From an uncultured Nitrospiraceae bacterium (lineage in GTDB: Bacteria; Nitrospirota; Nitrospiria; Nitrospirales; Nitrospiraceae), in the NCBI GenBank assembly GCA_963846575.1, contig CAWJWJ010000002.1, positions 1,344,001 through 1,408,000 on the forward strand: a DNA stretch of 64,000 nucleotides. Reading direction: 5' to 3'. The notes beneath the pieces were generated by a model. The model made no database searches. It saw nothing but the letters and a program-made list of their open reading frames with translations, and was not told where the DNA came from. Numbering within the stretch: the stretch's first letter is position 1; the number at the start of each line of letters is the position of its first letter. Of the stretch, positions 19,687-30,450 are shown piece after piece. Position numbers and translations under genes: made by a program.

Positions 19687-20433
19687 ATGAAATCAGCACG
19701 CCCATCCCTGGCTGCGCTCATCTGCGGTTGTTGGCTGATCGTTGGAAACCACTCGGCGTCTCTGGCGGCCACTCCTCCCCCGAGTCCGGCTAAGCCTTCA
19801 GCCGAGGCTCCTGCCCCCGCGCCGGAAAAGAAGAACGAGTTCTACGTAGCTCTCTATATGCAGGGCAGTTATCCGTTGAACCGACCGATCAGACTGCAGG
19901 ATGACCCCTTCACGAATACGGACGTTCAGGGCGGATTGGGCGGGGGATTGAAAGTCGGGGTGTTTCCGGCGTTCGCCGGCGAGGCGCTCGGACTGGAGGC
20001 CGATATCTCAGGGATGGATGGGAGCGTGGATGCGCCTGCCCGCACGACCGGCGGAGTGACGCGAAGCGGGACTTTCCGCCTTCAGTCGATCAATGCCATG
20101 GCCAATCTGTTGCTGCGTTATCCGGGCGACGTCATTCAGCCCTACATCGGAGTCGGCGCAGGATTGTCGGGCGGGTTTGCGCGGGATTTGAATCTGCAGC
20201 ACAGCACGATCGGATTCATCCGTGAAAATGCCGCCGACGGGGCGTTCGCCTATCAGTTTCTCGGCGGTATTCGCGCGAACGTAAGCGAACGGGTGTTTGT
20301 GTTTACGGAATACAAATATTTTGTCGCGAATTATCAGTGGGAAAGCGAGTTCGCGGATGGCTCACGCGGTCCGTCATTCACGCTGAATTATCGCGCGCAC
20401 ATCATATCAGGCGGCGTCGGGTTCAGTTTTTAA
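19687..20433 (+). CDS. Outer-membrane beta-barrel protein
   Basis: Signal peptide, alternating beta strands, PYIGVGAG, C-terminal GVGFSF. Confidence 0.82.
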   Translation: MKSARPSLAALICGCWLIVGNHSASLAATPPPSPAKPSAEAPAPAPEKKNEFYVALYMQGSYPLNRPIRLQDDPFTNTDVQGGLGGGLKVGVFPAFAGEALGLEADISGMDGSVDAPARTTGGVTRSGTFRLQSINAMANLLLRYPGDVIQPYIGVGAGLSGGFARDLNLQHSTIGFIRENAADGAFAYQFLGGIRANVSERVFVFTEYKYFVANYQWESEFADGSRGPSFTLNYRAHIISGGVGFSF

Positions 20434-20661
20434 GTCTCCCGCCTGATTACCGGGTTCCGGTCCCGTCGCCGCCAGAGTCCTCGGCTCGCCGTCATGCAAC
20501 CTTCTGAGTCGGTACCCCTCACTGTGCTGGGTCCATCCGGGCAGTTCCCGATACAAGCGGAGGCCGAAGGGCTGGAAAGGCCTGCGCTTGCGGTTCACTC
20601 ATCCCGAGGCATAAGATAACCCATCACTTGCTCCTATTCCGGCATTCGGAGGCACAAGGCT

Positions 20662-21942
20662 GTGTTCTGGGACACGCGGCATCCTTCGCAGAAGCCAGAC
20701 CGCCTCTGTTCATTTTGCGGCAAACTTCAGGGCGCCGATCAGCACCTCATCGCCAATCCCGATCCGGTCACCTGCCACTCGTGCCACACGTCTTCTTCCC
20801 TGTCGGTCTGTGAAGAATGTATTCAGCGCTGCGCCTTGTCTCTGATCAGGGAGAAGCGCCAGAGCTCTGCCGCTCCCTCGTCGCTCCCGCTCGTGATCCC
20901 CAAGCCGACCGACATCAAAGCCACGCTGGATGATTACGTGATCGGGCAGGATCGCGCCAAGAAGGTCCTCTCCGTTGCGGTGCACAACCATTACAAACGG
21001 ATCGCGAACCGGGAGCGTCTCAAGCATGTCGATCTCCAAAAGGGCAACATTCTGATGATCGGATCGACCGGAACCGGGAAGACCCTGCTCTCCCAGACCC
21101 TGGCTCGTATCCTTCACGTTCCCTTTACCATTGCGGATGCCACGGTCCTGACGGAGGCGGGATATGTAGGAGAGGATGTCGAGAATGTGGTCCTCAAGCT
21201 GCTGCAGAGTTGCGATTACGACGTGACGCGCGCGGAAACCGGCATCATCTACATCGATGAAATCGATAAGATCAGCCGTAAGTCGGAGAATCCCTCGTTG
21301 ACCCGTGACGTATCCGGCGAGGGGGTGCAGCAGGCGCTTCTGAAACTGGTCGAAGGGACGATCTGCAATGTCCCCCCCAAAGGAGGACGGAAGCATCCGG
21401 AGCAGGATTATATTCGCGTGGACACGACGAATATTTTGTTCATCGCTGGCGGGGCGTTCGTCGGATTGGATCAGATCATCGCGCAACGGAGGATGCCAAA
21501 ACGGCTGGGGTTTGGAGCGCTGAGCTCTGCCGCGGAAATCGACGGCCATACCGACCTGCTGCGTTACGCACAAGCCGAGGATTTGCTGAAGTTCGGGCTG
21601 ATTCCCGAGTTCGTCGGCCGCTTTCCTGTCTTGACGACGCTGGCGGATCTCGACGTGCCTGCGTTGATTCGGGTGCTGACTGAGCCACGCAACGCGTTGG
21701 TGAAACAGTATCAGGCGTTATTTGAGATCGAGGGCGTCGAACTTGAATTTACCGACAGCGCGGTGAAAGCCGTAGCGCGCAGGGCAGCCGTCATGAAAAC
21801 CGGAGCGCGGGCGCTTCGCTCGATCCTGGAGGAGGTGATGCTGGACCTGATGTACGAGATTCCCGCGCTAAGCGGGGTGAAATCCGTCGTGATCACTGAA
21901 GAGGTTATCGCGGGAATCGGGCAACCGCAAATTCTTACCTGA
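20662..21942 (+). CDS. clpX: ATP-dependent Clp protease ATP-binding subunit ClpX (stand-alone paralog)
   Basis: CSFCG zinc domain, [42 protein letters not shown] and LGF loops. Confidence 0.93.
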   Translation: MFWDTRHPSQKPDRLCSFCGKLQGADQHLIANPDPVTCHSCHTSSSLSVCEECIQRCALSLIREKRQSSAAPSSLPLVIPKPTDIKATLDDYVIGQDRAKKVLSVAVHNHYKRIANRERLKHVDLQKGNILMIGSTGTGKTLLSQTLARILHVPFTIADATVLTEAGYVGEDVENVVLKLLQSCDYDVTRAETGIIYIDEIDKISRKSENPSLTRDVSGEGVQQALLKLVEGTICNVPPKGGRKHPEQDYIRVDTTNILFIAGGAFVGLDQIIAQRRMPKRLGFGALSSAAEIDGHTDLLRYAQAEDLLKFGLIPEFVGRFPVLTTLADLDVPALIRVLTEPRNALVKQYQALFEIEGVELEFTDSAVKAVARRAAVMKTGARALRSILEEVMLDLMYEIPALSGVKSVVITEEVIAGIGQPQILT

Positions 21943-22091
21943 CACAGTCGGCATCACGCATCCTGCCCCCGGAGCTTCGCCATAGGCGCGACTGGCCAAT
22001 GATGGAGAGGCCAAGCCTTTCCTGTAACCTGTCTCCGTTGTCAGAGCAGGTGTGGACAGGTGCGACAGGCACTTATCGAGAATCAGGGGAA

Positions 22092-22259
22092 TCAGGCCGC
22101 GTGCTTGGCGCGCGTCGCCTGCATCCCCGGCTGAAGAGAGCGATGACCGTCGCGAGACGACCCTAACCGTCTCTTCTCCGATTCACTCTCGGCCGCCATG
22201 GACCAGGCGAGGAGCCAAACTAGGGCGATCATGATTCCGAGACCGATCATCGCGACCAT
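22092..22259 (-). CDS. 55-aa single-TM protein ending in Ala-Ala
   Basis: RBS GGAGGT; MVAMIGLGIMIALVWLLAWSMAAESESEKRR...KHAA*. Confidence 0.6.
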   Translation of the reverse strand: MVAMIGLGIMIALVWLLAWSMAAESESEKRRLGSSRDGHRSLQPGMQATRAKHAA

Positions 22260-22463
22260 AGGGCACCTCCGTTCCCGAACAACGAGACCCTACCCGTAGC
22301 AACAACGCCAAGACATCCCGCCTTCCTACAAGCCAGAGCAATTCCATCGCTGCCGACTCGCTGACGTTGTGCGAGTGCATGATGCATCACCCCGCAAGCC
22401 CGGTCGGTGAAGGTGACGGGGGACCTCCACCGGCCGGCAGGGGCCGTCAGGTCAGCCGCCAAT

Positions 22464-22643
22464 TTATGCTGCCTGCCTGGACCCGGTCGAAGGTTGCGCG
22501 ACCCTCTGATCCGACTTGTCGGCGCTGTCGTTCGACACCCCGGATGATCCTTTCGGCCTGGAGTAGAGGATCCCCACGCAAATGAAGAGGGTCGCCACCA
22601 TGGCCAGGAGACCGAACACGATTCCCCAATAGACACCAGACAT
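22464..22643 (-). CDS. 59-aa single-TM protein ending in Ala-Ala
   Basis: RBS GGGAG; MSGVYWGIVFGLLAMVATLFICVGILYSRPK...RQAA*. Confidence 0.6.
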   Translation of the reverse strand: MSGVYWGIVFGLLAMVATLFICVGILYSRPKGSSGVSNDSADKSDQRVAQPSTGSRQAA

Positions 22644-23234
22644 AGGTCACGCTCCCGCGCGTATCGCGCGAGTCCTTTGTGTACGCGCCTTGACGGCACG
22701 ACGGAGTGTCACGGGCGCCGGTGGAGTGCCGGGTCCTGGCGCGCGGGTGATTGTTCTGCTTCTCGCGCTGATCGAGCCGGATTTCAAGACGGGAGGATCG
22801 GCCTGATTCTGGATGCAGGGCGTCGCTCCTGAGCATTGCCGCACCTGCCTCTGGAACCGCTGATCGGAACTCCATGTCGGATAATGGTCACTCGAGGCCT
22901 GCTGTTCCCGCCTCCGGCAAGTGCAGGTGGACAGGGGGCTCCGGAGGTCGAGGAGGAGACTTCCAGTATGTGGAATTACAACCGGAGACGACAACTCGGT
23001 ACTATCGTTGGGAAAAGCCGGCGTCGGGAGGAGGTCACATCTGCCACGCTCATGCCGTTGGATGCCTGCTCCACGGAAGAACATGGGGTCACCTCCAGAT
23101 TGAGGAGGTACGTGACGAATAGTTCATCCTATTCCTTGACAGGGTCATGGTCAAGGGCGTGGATGGGAGAACGGGTTGGATAGCCGGAGCAGTGGGCGGA
23201 GTTGAATCTTAACGGAAGAAGCGTGGCAGCAGAC

Positions 23235-23636
23235 TCAGAGAAACTCTCCGGGCTGGGTGCCCTGCCGTTGTGACGGCTTGGAGGATTTGAAGCGAAGCGT
23301 GAATTCATGTTGATCACTATCGGGCGAGAGCTGAAAGGATCCTTCTGCAGTGAGGTGTTCCGGAGAATGAGATTTACCCTGTGGAAAGAGCTTCAGGCGG
23401 AATTCCCCGGTCCGGCGGGATTCAGGGGATGACAGGTGCCCCTCTACCTCAACATATTCTTGTATAGTCGCCAGGGCTTGGTCGAACAGCCCGTGCAGGA
23501 GATCGTCCGCCTCGGGCTTGTCTATGGGGCCATTCGTGGAGAGATGGCCCAGGTGCCCTCCCTGATGCCCGCTCTGTTCAGCCGCCATCAGTGGAGTCGT
23601 AATGAACAGGATGAAAGCGAGAAACATGCCGACCAT
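23235..23636 (-). CDS. Exported hypothetical protein
   Basis: Signal peptide followed by a soluble domain. Confidence 0.6.
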   Translation of the reverse strand: MVGMFLAFILFITTPLMAAEQSGHQGGHLGHLSTNGPIDKPEADDLLHGLFDQALATIQEYVEVEGHLSSPESRRTGEFRLKLFPQGKSHSPEHLTAEGSFQLSPDSDQHEFTLRFKSSKPSQRQGTQPGEFL

Positions 23637-23722
23637 GATGCCAGTCTATCGGGCTGGCGGCACATCAGTCAAGCGCGTGAGACGTGACGACGGAACTCCG
23701 ATTGCGGATCAGTGGGGGGAGA

Positions 23723-24895
23723 CTAACAACGAGGGAGGAGTTTCTCATTCCTGTGCCATTGGGACACCGCACCGCTGTTATCGGTCAACTCCATCTTGTC
23801 CCTGGAGAAGACCTGCATCGAGAGGGGAAGCGTCTTGCTTCGAGCAGGGATCAGCTTGAACCGATCTCCTTCCGGCTCGACCCGGCCCGTCTGGGTGGTG
23901 GCCTTGTAAAACTCCGACACGTTGGCGGAGGTGATGGTCCACACGAATTCTTCCTGACGATCGACGAATTTGGCCGATCCCTCCCACATCCCGATAAGGG
24001 CTGGTTCCACCGGCGCCAGCCTCTTGACCGTCATCTTGCGGGGGAGGGAACCGAATGACTGCCAGAGGAGCGGATCGAATTTGCGGGGCGCCTGATTCTT
24101 CGGGATCTTGTTCCAGTCCACACTCATGTTGCCGGTCGTCGAAAACCGATCACTTCCAGCAAGTCGGTAGGTTCCGTGCAGGATCTCCTGGTACGATTCG
24201 GCCTGCCAGCTACCCCGGTCTGCCACGACCGTTCCCGGCATGACCACCGCCGTCGTCAGAGTCCAGTCCGCACGCTCGCTTAAAGCGAGGTGACCCTTTC
24301 CGAACATCAGCCCCACCGGGACGCAGCCGTACCAGTCTCCGCCCCACTCGGGGAGGACTCCGGTCGATTCCGACCCCAGGGCAGCGGATGCCACGGCAAC
24401 GGGAAGGAGCGGCTTGGCGGCGAGCTTATTGGCGGCAACCTTTGCGAGACTCGTGACTGCGGCCTGGGGATTGGATTGCTTCGATGATACGAGCGACAGG
24501 GTCACCAGCGCATCGTTCTTCAGAAAGGTCAGCTCAATGCCCCCGATGGGAGAGCGAAGTGTGAAGGCCCCTTCGCCGATTCCCGGGATCGGTTGGCGTC
24601 CGGGCTTCGCCTGTTTGTCGCGAAAGAGACTTTTCGTGTTCCCGTCCGGTCCTGAATCGAATTCGACCGTCACTGTCTCCTGTGGATTGCGTTTTGCCTG
24701 GTAGAGACACTGGCGGTCATTGTGACGGACGCCCGTCGTCACCGGCGTGCCGATGGCCAATTCGACATCGGCTTCGCTTACGATCAAACAGGCGTTCAGG
24801 TTTGTAGTGAGCACGTCGGAAGACTGAGAGCAACCCAGCATTCCCCAGGCCAGCAAGACACAAGATGTCACTCGAAAGGACGGCAGATTAAACAT
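23723..24895 (-). CDS. Putative lipoprotein, unknown function
   Basis: Lipobox MLGC; NACLIVSEADVELAIG...IPGIGEGAF resembles DUF3558-type domains. Confidence 0.65.
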   Translation of the reverse strand: MFNLPSFRVTSCVLLAWGMLGCSQSSDVLTTNLNACLIVSEADVELAIGTPVTTGVRHNDRQCLYQAKRNPQETVTVEFDSGPDGNTKSLFRDKQAKPGRQPIPGIGEGAFTLRSPIGGIELTFLKNDALVTLSLVSSKQSNPQAAVTSLAKVAANKLAAKPLLPVAVASAALGSESTGVLPEWGGDWYGCVPVGLMFGKGHLALSERADWTLTTAVVMPGTVVADRGSWQAESYQEILHGTYRLAGSDRFSTTGNMSVDWNKIPKNQAPRKFDPLLWQSFGSLPRKMTVKRLAPVEPALIGMWEGSAKFVDRQEEFVWTITSANVSEFYKATTQTGRVEPEGDRFKLIPARSKTLPLSMQVFSRDKMELTDNSGAVSQWHRNEKLLPRC

Positions 24896-24990
24896 TGATT
24901 TCAGTCTAGGGGTCGTCGGAGCAAATAGCAAGCTGCAATGCCGGGTCCGGCGGTCGCGGTGCGGGCCGCCACTCGAATGGAGAATCACGG

Positions 24991-25410
24991 CTAAGCCGGA
25001 ACGAATTTCAGTGACACGCCGTTGATGCAGTATCGAAGTCCGGTTGGCTTGGGGCCGTCATTGAAGATGTGACCCTGGTGGCCGTTGCAACGGGCGCAAT
25101 GAACTTCGGTGCGGGTCATAAAGAATTTGGAATCAGTGCGTGTCTCGACCACCCTGGGATCGATCGGCTGCCAGAAGCTCGGCCATCCTGTGCCGCTATC
25201 GAACTTATGCTCCGAGGAATAGGCGGGAAGCTCGCAGCCGGCGCAACGATAGATGCCTGCCTGATGATTGTCGTGGAGCGGACTCGTAAAGGCCCGCTCG
25301 GTGTCGTCATGCCGCAAGACCTGATAGGCCGCAGGAGCCAGCAGCTTCTTCCACTCTTCGTCACTCTTGTTCACTTTCACGATCGGGCCGATATCGATCT
25401 TCTCGCTCAT
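24991..25410 (-). CDS. msrB: Peptide-methionine (R)-S-oxide reductase
   Basis: KFDSGTGWPSFW, RTEVHC, GHIFNDGPKPTGLRYCING. Confidence 0.96.
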   Translation of the reverse strand: MSEKIDIGPIVKVNKSDEEWKKLLAPAAYQVLRHDDTERAFTSPLHDNHQAGIYRCAGCELPAYSSEHKFDSGTGWPSFWQPIDPRVVETRTDSKFFMTRTEVHCARCNGHQGHIFNDGPKPTGLRYCINGVSLKFVPA

Positions 25411-25525
25411 GATGCTCTCCTCAGTCCGCTTGGTGATGAGACATGGGCCTCTCCCCCTACGGTACCATGCTCATGTCTCATCAACCAATGGCTTCTTGCC
25501 GGAGCCGGGCCAGTCGGACTCACGA

Positions 25526-27925
25526 TTATGATCCGGCCAGTGAAGACCCTGCACCCACTTCTGAATGAGGCCGGGGACCCGATTCCTCGTGAAACGCGGC
25601 TTGCAATACCTCATCCAATCGCTGAACCAGGAAGACCTGTAAATCCTGGCGTACTTCCTCCGGGATCTCTTTCAGATCCTTCTCGTTCGCCTTCGGCAGA
25701 ATGATGCGTCGAAGACCGGCGCGGTGGGCCGCCAGGACCTTCTCCTTGATTCCGCCAACCGGCAACACTAACCCCGTCAGGCTGATCTCGCCTGTCATGG
25801 CCGTGTCGCTGCGCACCGGCTTGCCGACATAGGCGGAGGCCAGTGCTGTGGCCATGGTAATACCGGCAGAGGGACCATCCTTAGGAATGGCGCCGGAGGG
25901 CACATGAATATGGACGCCATTCCGTTTGAATCGGGAAATGTCGAGCCCCATGGCTTCCGCATGACTCCACAGATAACTCCGCGCGGCGCGCGCGGATTCC
26001 TGCATCACATCACCCAGCTGACCGGTCAGCGTCATGTCATGGCTTCCCGGCAGCAGGCTCGTTTCGATGTACAGCACATCACCGCCGGTCGGAGTCCAGG
26101 CGAGACCGGTCGCGACACCGGCCGGCAAGTCCTTCCTGGCTTCTTCCGGCTGAAACCGTTCCTGGCCCAGCCACTCGTCGAGCAGCGACACGGTAATATC
26201 GACTGTCGTCGACGGGGAGTCGGCAGGCTGATCCGCCAACGTCACGGCGATTTTCCTCGTGAGGCGCCCGAGCATCTGTTCCAGCTGCCTGACCCCGGAC
26301 TCCCGGGTATAGCGGCCGATGATGTGGTCGAGCACGGCCTCCGGCAGATTGACGTCCTCCGGCCGCAACCCGGCCTCTTTCAACCGTCGTGGCCAGAGGT
26401 AACGAATCGCGATTTCACGTTTCTCACGCTCGCTGTATCCATTCAGGCGAATGATCTCCATCCGGTCCAGCAGCGGCTGCGACAGCGTCTCCAGGGTATT
26501 GGCCGTCGTAATAAAAAACACTTTCGACAGGTCGAACGGCAGATCGAGATAGTGGTCGCGGAACGTATGGTTCTGCGCCGGATCCAGGATTTCCAGCAAT
26601 GCCGCGGCGGGATCGCCCCGGAAATCGCGCCCGAGTTTATCCACTTCGTCGAGCATGATGACCGGATTGTTCACCCCCGCACGCCGCACCGCTTGAATAA
26701 TGCGGCCGGGAAGCGCGCCGACATAGGTGCGGCGGTGGCCGCGCAGTTCACCTTCATCATGCAGTCCACCGAGGCTGAAGCGTTCGAAGGTGCGTCCCAT
26801 CGACTTGGCGATGGACTGTCCCAAACTGGTCTTACCCACGCCCGGAGGCCCCACCAAGCAGAGGATCGGGGCCTTGGCGGCCGGGTTCAATTTCAGAACG
26901 GCCAGATGTTCCACGATGCGTTCTTTCACTTCCTTGATCCCGTAGTGATCCTCGTTCAAGACCTGACGGACATGCGCGAGATCCAGATGCTCTTCCGAGG
27001 CCTTGTTCCAGGGCAGCTCGAGCACCAGCTCCAGGTAGCTGCGGATCACCTGATGCTCGGGAGAGGCGCTCGGGGTCTTGGCAAGCCGGGCGAGTTCCCG
27101 ATCGGTCTCCTTCCGTACATGTTCCGGAAGATCGGCCTCTTGAATTTTCGTTCTGAGCGAGCCGACATCGTCTTCTTCGCCGCCATTCTCACCCAGCTCC
27201 TGCTGAATGGTTTTCAGTTGCTCACGCAGGAGATATTCGCGCTGGGTCCTGCCCAGTTTCTCCCGGGCTTCGCTGGCGATCTTGTCCCGTAATTGAAGAA
27301 TTTGGATTTCGCGCGACAGCGCGGCATAGAGGCCCCGCAGCAGGTCCGCGCGCGTGGCCGCTTCAAGCAACTGTTGTTCGCCGTCCAACGTAAGATTCAA
27401 CAGCGAGGCGATGCGATAGGCCAGGACCACCGGGTCCTGCTCGGTACCCAGCGTCGCCACGGCTTCGTTCACTCCGGGCGTTTGTATCAGCTTGGGCAAC
27501 TCGGTGATGATGTCCAGAATCGCCCGGTGCAGCGCCTCGACCTCCGTGCTCTGTTCACTGGGAGGAAGCAACTGTTTCACGCGCGCCTGCAGATAGGGCT
27601 CGGTCTGGTCGAGTTTCAGCAGTACGAATCGCTCCAGGCCCTGGATCAGAATATTGTAGTGTCCTTCCGCCGCGCGGGCCGTTTGTTTGATGACGGCCTT
27701 TGTGCCGATGGTATAGAGATCCTGAAGTAACGGCTGATCGGTTTGCGCGTCCCGTTGAGCCACGACGAGCAGCGTTTTGTCTTCGGTCTTCAACGCCGCT
27801 TCCACCGCCGCGATCGAACGGTCCCGTCCCACGGTCAGGGGCATCATCGTGCCGGGAAACAACACCGTTCTCTTCAGGGGCAGCACGGGCAGATTCGTGA
27901 GTATGGGGGCATTCGAATCGGTCAT
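25526..27925 (-). CDS. lon: Lon ATP-dependent protease
   Basis: LON N-domain, [13 protein letters not shown], catalytic PKDGPSAG and GGIKEK. Confidence 0.96.
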   Translation of the reverse strand: MTDSNAPILTNLPVLPLKRTVLFPGTMMPLTVGRDRSIAAVEAALKTEDKTLLVVAQRDAQTDQPLLQDLYTIGTKAVIKQTARAAEGHYNILIQGLERFVLLKLDQTEPYLQARVKQLLPPSEQSTEVEALHRAILDIITELPKLIQTPGVNEAVATLGTEQDPVVLAYRIASLLNLTLDGEQQLLEAATRADLLRGLYAALSREIQILQLRDKIASEAREKLGRTQREYLLREQLKTIQQELGENGGEEDDVGSLRTKIQEADLPEHVRKETDRELARLAKTPSASPEHQVIRSYLELVLELPWNKASEEHLDLAHVRQVLNEDHYGIKEVKERIVEHLAVLKLNPAAKAPILCLVGPPGVGKTSLGQSIAKSMGRTFERFSLGGLHDEGELRGHRRTYVGALPGRIIQAVRRAGVNNPVIMLDEVDKLGRDFRGDPAAALLEILDPAQNHTFRDHYLDLPFDLSKVFFITTANTLETLSQPLLDRMEIIRLNGYSEREKREIAIRYLWPRRLKEAGLRPEDVNLPEAVLDHIIGRYTRESGVRQLEQMLGRLTRKIAVTLADQPADSPSTTVDITVSLLDEWLGQERFQPEEARKDLPAGVATGLAWTPTGGDVLYIETSLLPGSHDMTLTGQLGDVMQESARAARSYLWSHAEAMGLDISRFKRNGVHIHVPSGAIPKDGPSAGITMATALASAYVGKPVRSDTAMTGEISLTGLVLPVGGIKEKVLAAHRAGLRRIILPKANEKDLKEIPEEVRQDLQVFLVQRLDEVLQAAFHEESGPRPHSEVGAGSSLAGS

Positions 27926-28070
27926 GGCGTCCTCCGTATGCTCGGATGGTCTGCTGATTGCGGCGGCGTGCAGTCAGGAAAAAATCTTCACGCTTGTTCG
28001 TCTTGGTTAAGATAGCCACCGGAATAGGGGAGTCAAGCGGGAGCTCTGCAGCGCAGACACGGGCGAGCGC

Positions 28071-30164
28071 CTATCGGTCGATGAAAAGGCTGCCGGGATT
28101 CTCGATGTAGGTCTTGCCATTAAGGCGTTCCGGTCGCGCGTCTCTGGCCGCCAACGGAACGGAAAAGTAATCATCCCGGCCGTCGAGATCGAAAAATGCG
28201 CCGATGCTGTCTCGATCGCCCAGGCCCAGTCCGCGGCTGGCCGCATACTGGTCGGCGCCGCCTTCTTCCACAAACAGACCCCACCCCCCGAGATCGCCCA
28301 TTCCCAAACCGGTCGACGCAGGCAGGTCGTAGAAGTCGCTGGTCATACCGGCGTCCACCGCCAGGGCGACACTACCGTCCCAGGCCGCCCCGCCGTTGTA
28401 AAACGGCCCGTTCGAGCCATAGCGGTCCTTGCCCTGATAGTCCACGATCAGGCCGACGCCGAAGTGGGCCGCCGTGCCGTGCCCGTAGCGAGCGGCCTGA
28501 TGATCGTCGTTTCCGTCAAGATCCAGCCTCGCCCCGATTCCGAAAAAGTATCCGTGGCCCTGCGAAAAGTTCGCGCTATGATAACGATCCTGCCCGTCCA
28601 GATCGATCAGCATGCCCAAGCCGCCGGCCAGGCTCAGTGCCTGATGCGCGGGATTCTTCGTGAAGACGCGTAGGCCGGATCCGGTGCCGAGTCCGAAACA
28701 ATCGTATTGGAAACCGGCGTCGCCGGGCTTGGCGTCCGGAGCGTCAGCTGCATTGTAGGCGCTCGGATAATGCTCGCCGCATGAATAGGCATCATCGCCG
28801 GCAACATCAATGACCGCTCCCACGCCCAAGGGGGCGCCGAATCCCAGCGCATAACCGAAGCTCGTATATCGATCGTCTCCGGCCCGATCCACGAGAAGGC
28901 CGAATCCGCCGAAGGCCGCCCCTTGGGTAAAGCGACTGCCTTCGTAGGTGTCGTGTCCTTCTCCATCATACAGGACCCCGAGCCCCGCCACTCCGACGCC
29001 GCCGGACCCCGGGGAGAGGCGATAGATATCGTCTCCGCTGTGATCGATGACGATGCCGACTCCTGCACGACCGGTGGCCAGTCCCAACGGAGAGGGCAGA
29101 TAGGTATCATTCCCGCTCAGATCGATCACCATGCCGTTGCCGAGATCGGCGGTGGGGCTCGCCCCGATGGTGCCCTGGTACGTGTCGTTGCCGCCGAGGT
29201 CGATGATGAGGGCGGCGCCCTGCTCGAGGTCATAGGTATTCGGACCTCGTCCCCCGATGATGAGCCATCCGTACGAGGTCGGCTGGGCCAGGAGCAGGTC
29301 ACCGGTGACGCCGGGAAACGAATGGGTGACCGGCGGTTTGTTGGTGAAGACCAGGTCCAGCTGTCGCAAAAATTTCCGGTTCCCCAGCCGGGCCAATCGC
29401 TGCGTGGCGGTAATCAGGGAACCATAGTCGACCTGTTGGATGAGTAGGGTGGCGTATCTGACCGCGGCCTCGGCGTCGGATAACTGAGCCGGCGGTGTGA
29501 CCTGGGGGCTGAAGTGTTCCACGAGGGGGCGGGCGTGGGCAAACAAAAATTCCCGATCTTGCGGGGAGAGGCGACGCAGGGCATGCTCCCGGTCTTGATA
29601 GGCATCCTCGAGGGCTTCCATAATAAACCCGAGCACGTCCTCAGGCGCGAGGGTCGCAGGAAACACGAGCGGTCGGAAGGGCGCGCCCGTCCGGTCCAGG
29701 CCGCCTTCCAGGATTTCGATGACGGCCGGTAGTCCTTCAATTCCCGATTCCGCTGCCCCGGCGGCGAGTAGACCGGTTTGTTCAATGGTTGAGAGTCCGT
29801 CCCAGGGATCGGCGAGCGTGCGCAACACCAGACTCCGCTTAAATCTGGCGATCTTGTTGGTCTGGTCGGCCAGGCTCTTACGGACTGCAGGAAGATTGAC
29901 GTTCAGGTTGTCCCGCAATTCCGGTTCGACGACCGCTTGCATGCGCGCCACGATGGCCTGTTGTTCCCGATCCGCTCGTCGGTCGAGCGGCTGGGTCACG
30001 GAGAAGAGATGGGAGATCTGAGTGCAGGCGCCCAGGACGATACACAAACTGAATACCGACAGGAGCGAGACCCATCGTCCCGCGGCGCCATTCCGATCCC
30101 TTTTCACCCGTTGGGGGTGAACGGGACGCGGGTTGCTGAAAAAAGAGCGGGAGATGTGGAACAT
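28071..30164 (-). CDS. Putative lipoprotein with ~12 DxxGxDxY/Gly-rich repeats
   Basis: Lipobox LGAC; repeats IIDLGGNDTY, VIDLSGNDTY, VIDHSGDDIY, LYDGEGHDTY and others; start uncertain. Confidence 0.7.
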   Translation of the reverse strand: MFHISRSFFSNPRPVHPQRVKRDRNGAAGRWVSLLSVFSLCIVLGACTQISHLFSVTQPLDRRADREQQAIVARMQAVVEPELRDNLNVNLPAVRKSLADQTNKIARFKRSLVLRTLADPWDGLSTIEQTGLLAAGAAESGIEGLPAVIEILEGGLDRTGAPFRPLVFPATLAPEDVLGFIMEALEDAYQDREHALRRLSPQDREFLFAHARPLVEHFSPQVTPPAQLSDAEAAVRYATLLIQQVDYGSLITATQRLARLGNRKFLRQLDLVFTNKPPVTHSFPGVTGDLLLAQPTSYGWLIIGGRGPNTYDLEQGAALIIDLGGNDTYQGTIGASPTADLGNGMVIDLSGNDTYLPSPLGLATGRAGVGIVIDHSGDDIYRLSPGSGGVGVAGLGVLYDGEGHDTYEGSRFTQGAAFGGFGLLVDRAGDDRYTSFGYALGFGAPLGVGAVIDVAGDDAYSCGEHYPSAYNAADAPDAKPGDAGFQYDCFGLGTGSGLRVFTKNPAHQALSLAGGLGMLIDLDGQDRYHSANFSQGHGYFFGIGARLDLDGNDDHQAARYGHGTAAHFGVGLIVDYQGKDRYGSNGPFYNGGAAWDGSVALAVDAGMTSDFYDLPASTGLGMGDLGGWGLFVEEGGADQYAASRGLGLGDRDSIGAFFDLDGRDDYFSVPLAARDARPERLNGKTYIENPGSLFIDR

Positions 30165-30450
30165 TGTGTCTGCGATCACAGGCCCTCTCAGCCGACGCCC
30201 GTTGTGCTGCTCTCTCCTACACAATAGAGGGACTGCCATCCTGAGGCAAGAGGCCCGCGTCCCGCAGGCAGCCATCCGCCCGCGATCAACGGTCATGGGT
30301 GGCCGGATGGGCACGCATGCGCCGCATCCGCCGCAGGGTGAATGGAAGATGGGTCCGCTTGATTCCGCCGGTCGTCCGGTAGACGACGATCACGCCTGGT
30401 GAGGTTCCATGACCGGATCGCCTGTCATGTAAGGAGAAACGCGTGAACCG

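Noticed and set aside
20434..20620. Possible structured ncRNA upstream of clpX
   Set aside because: GC-rich and foldable, but I could not match it to SRP, RNase P, 6S, tmRNA or a riboswitch; needs an Rfam search
22968..23183. ORF MWNYNRRRQLG... with an RBS
   Set aside because: No recognizable motif; too little evidence to call
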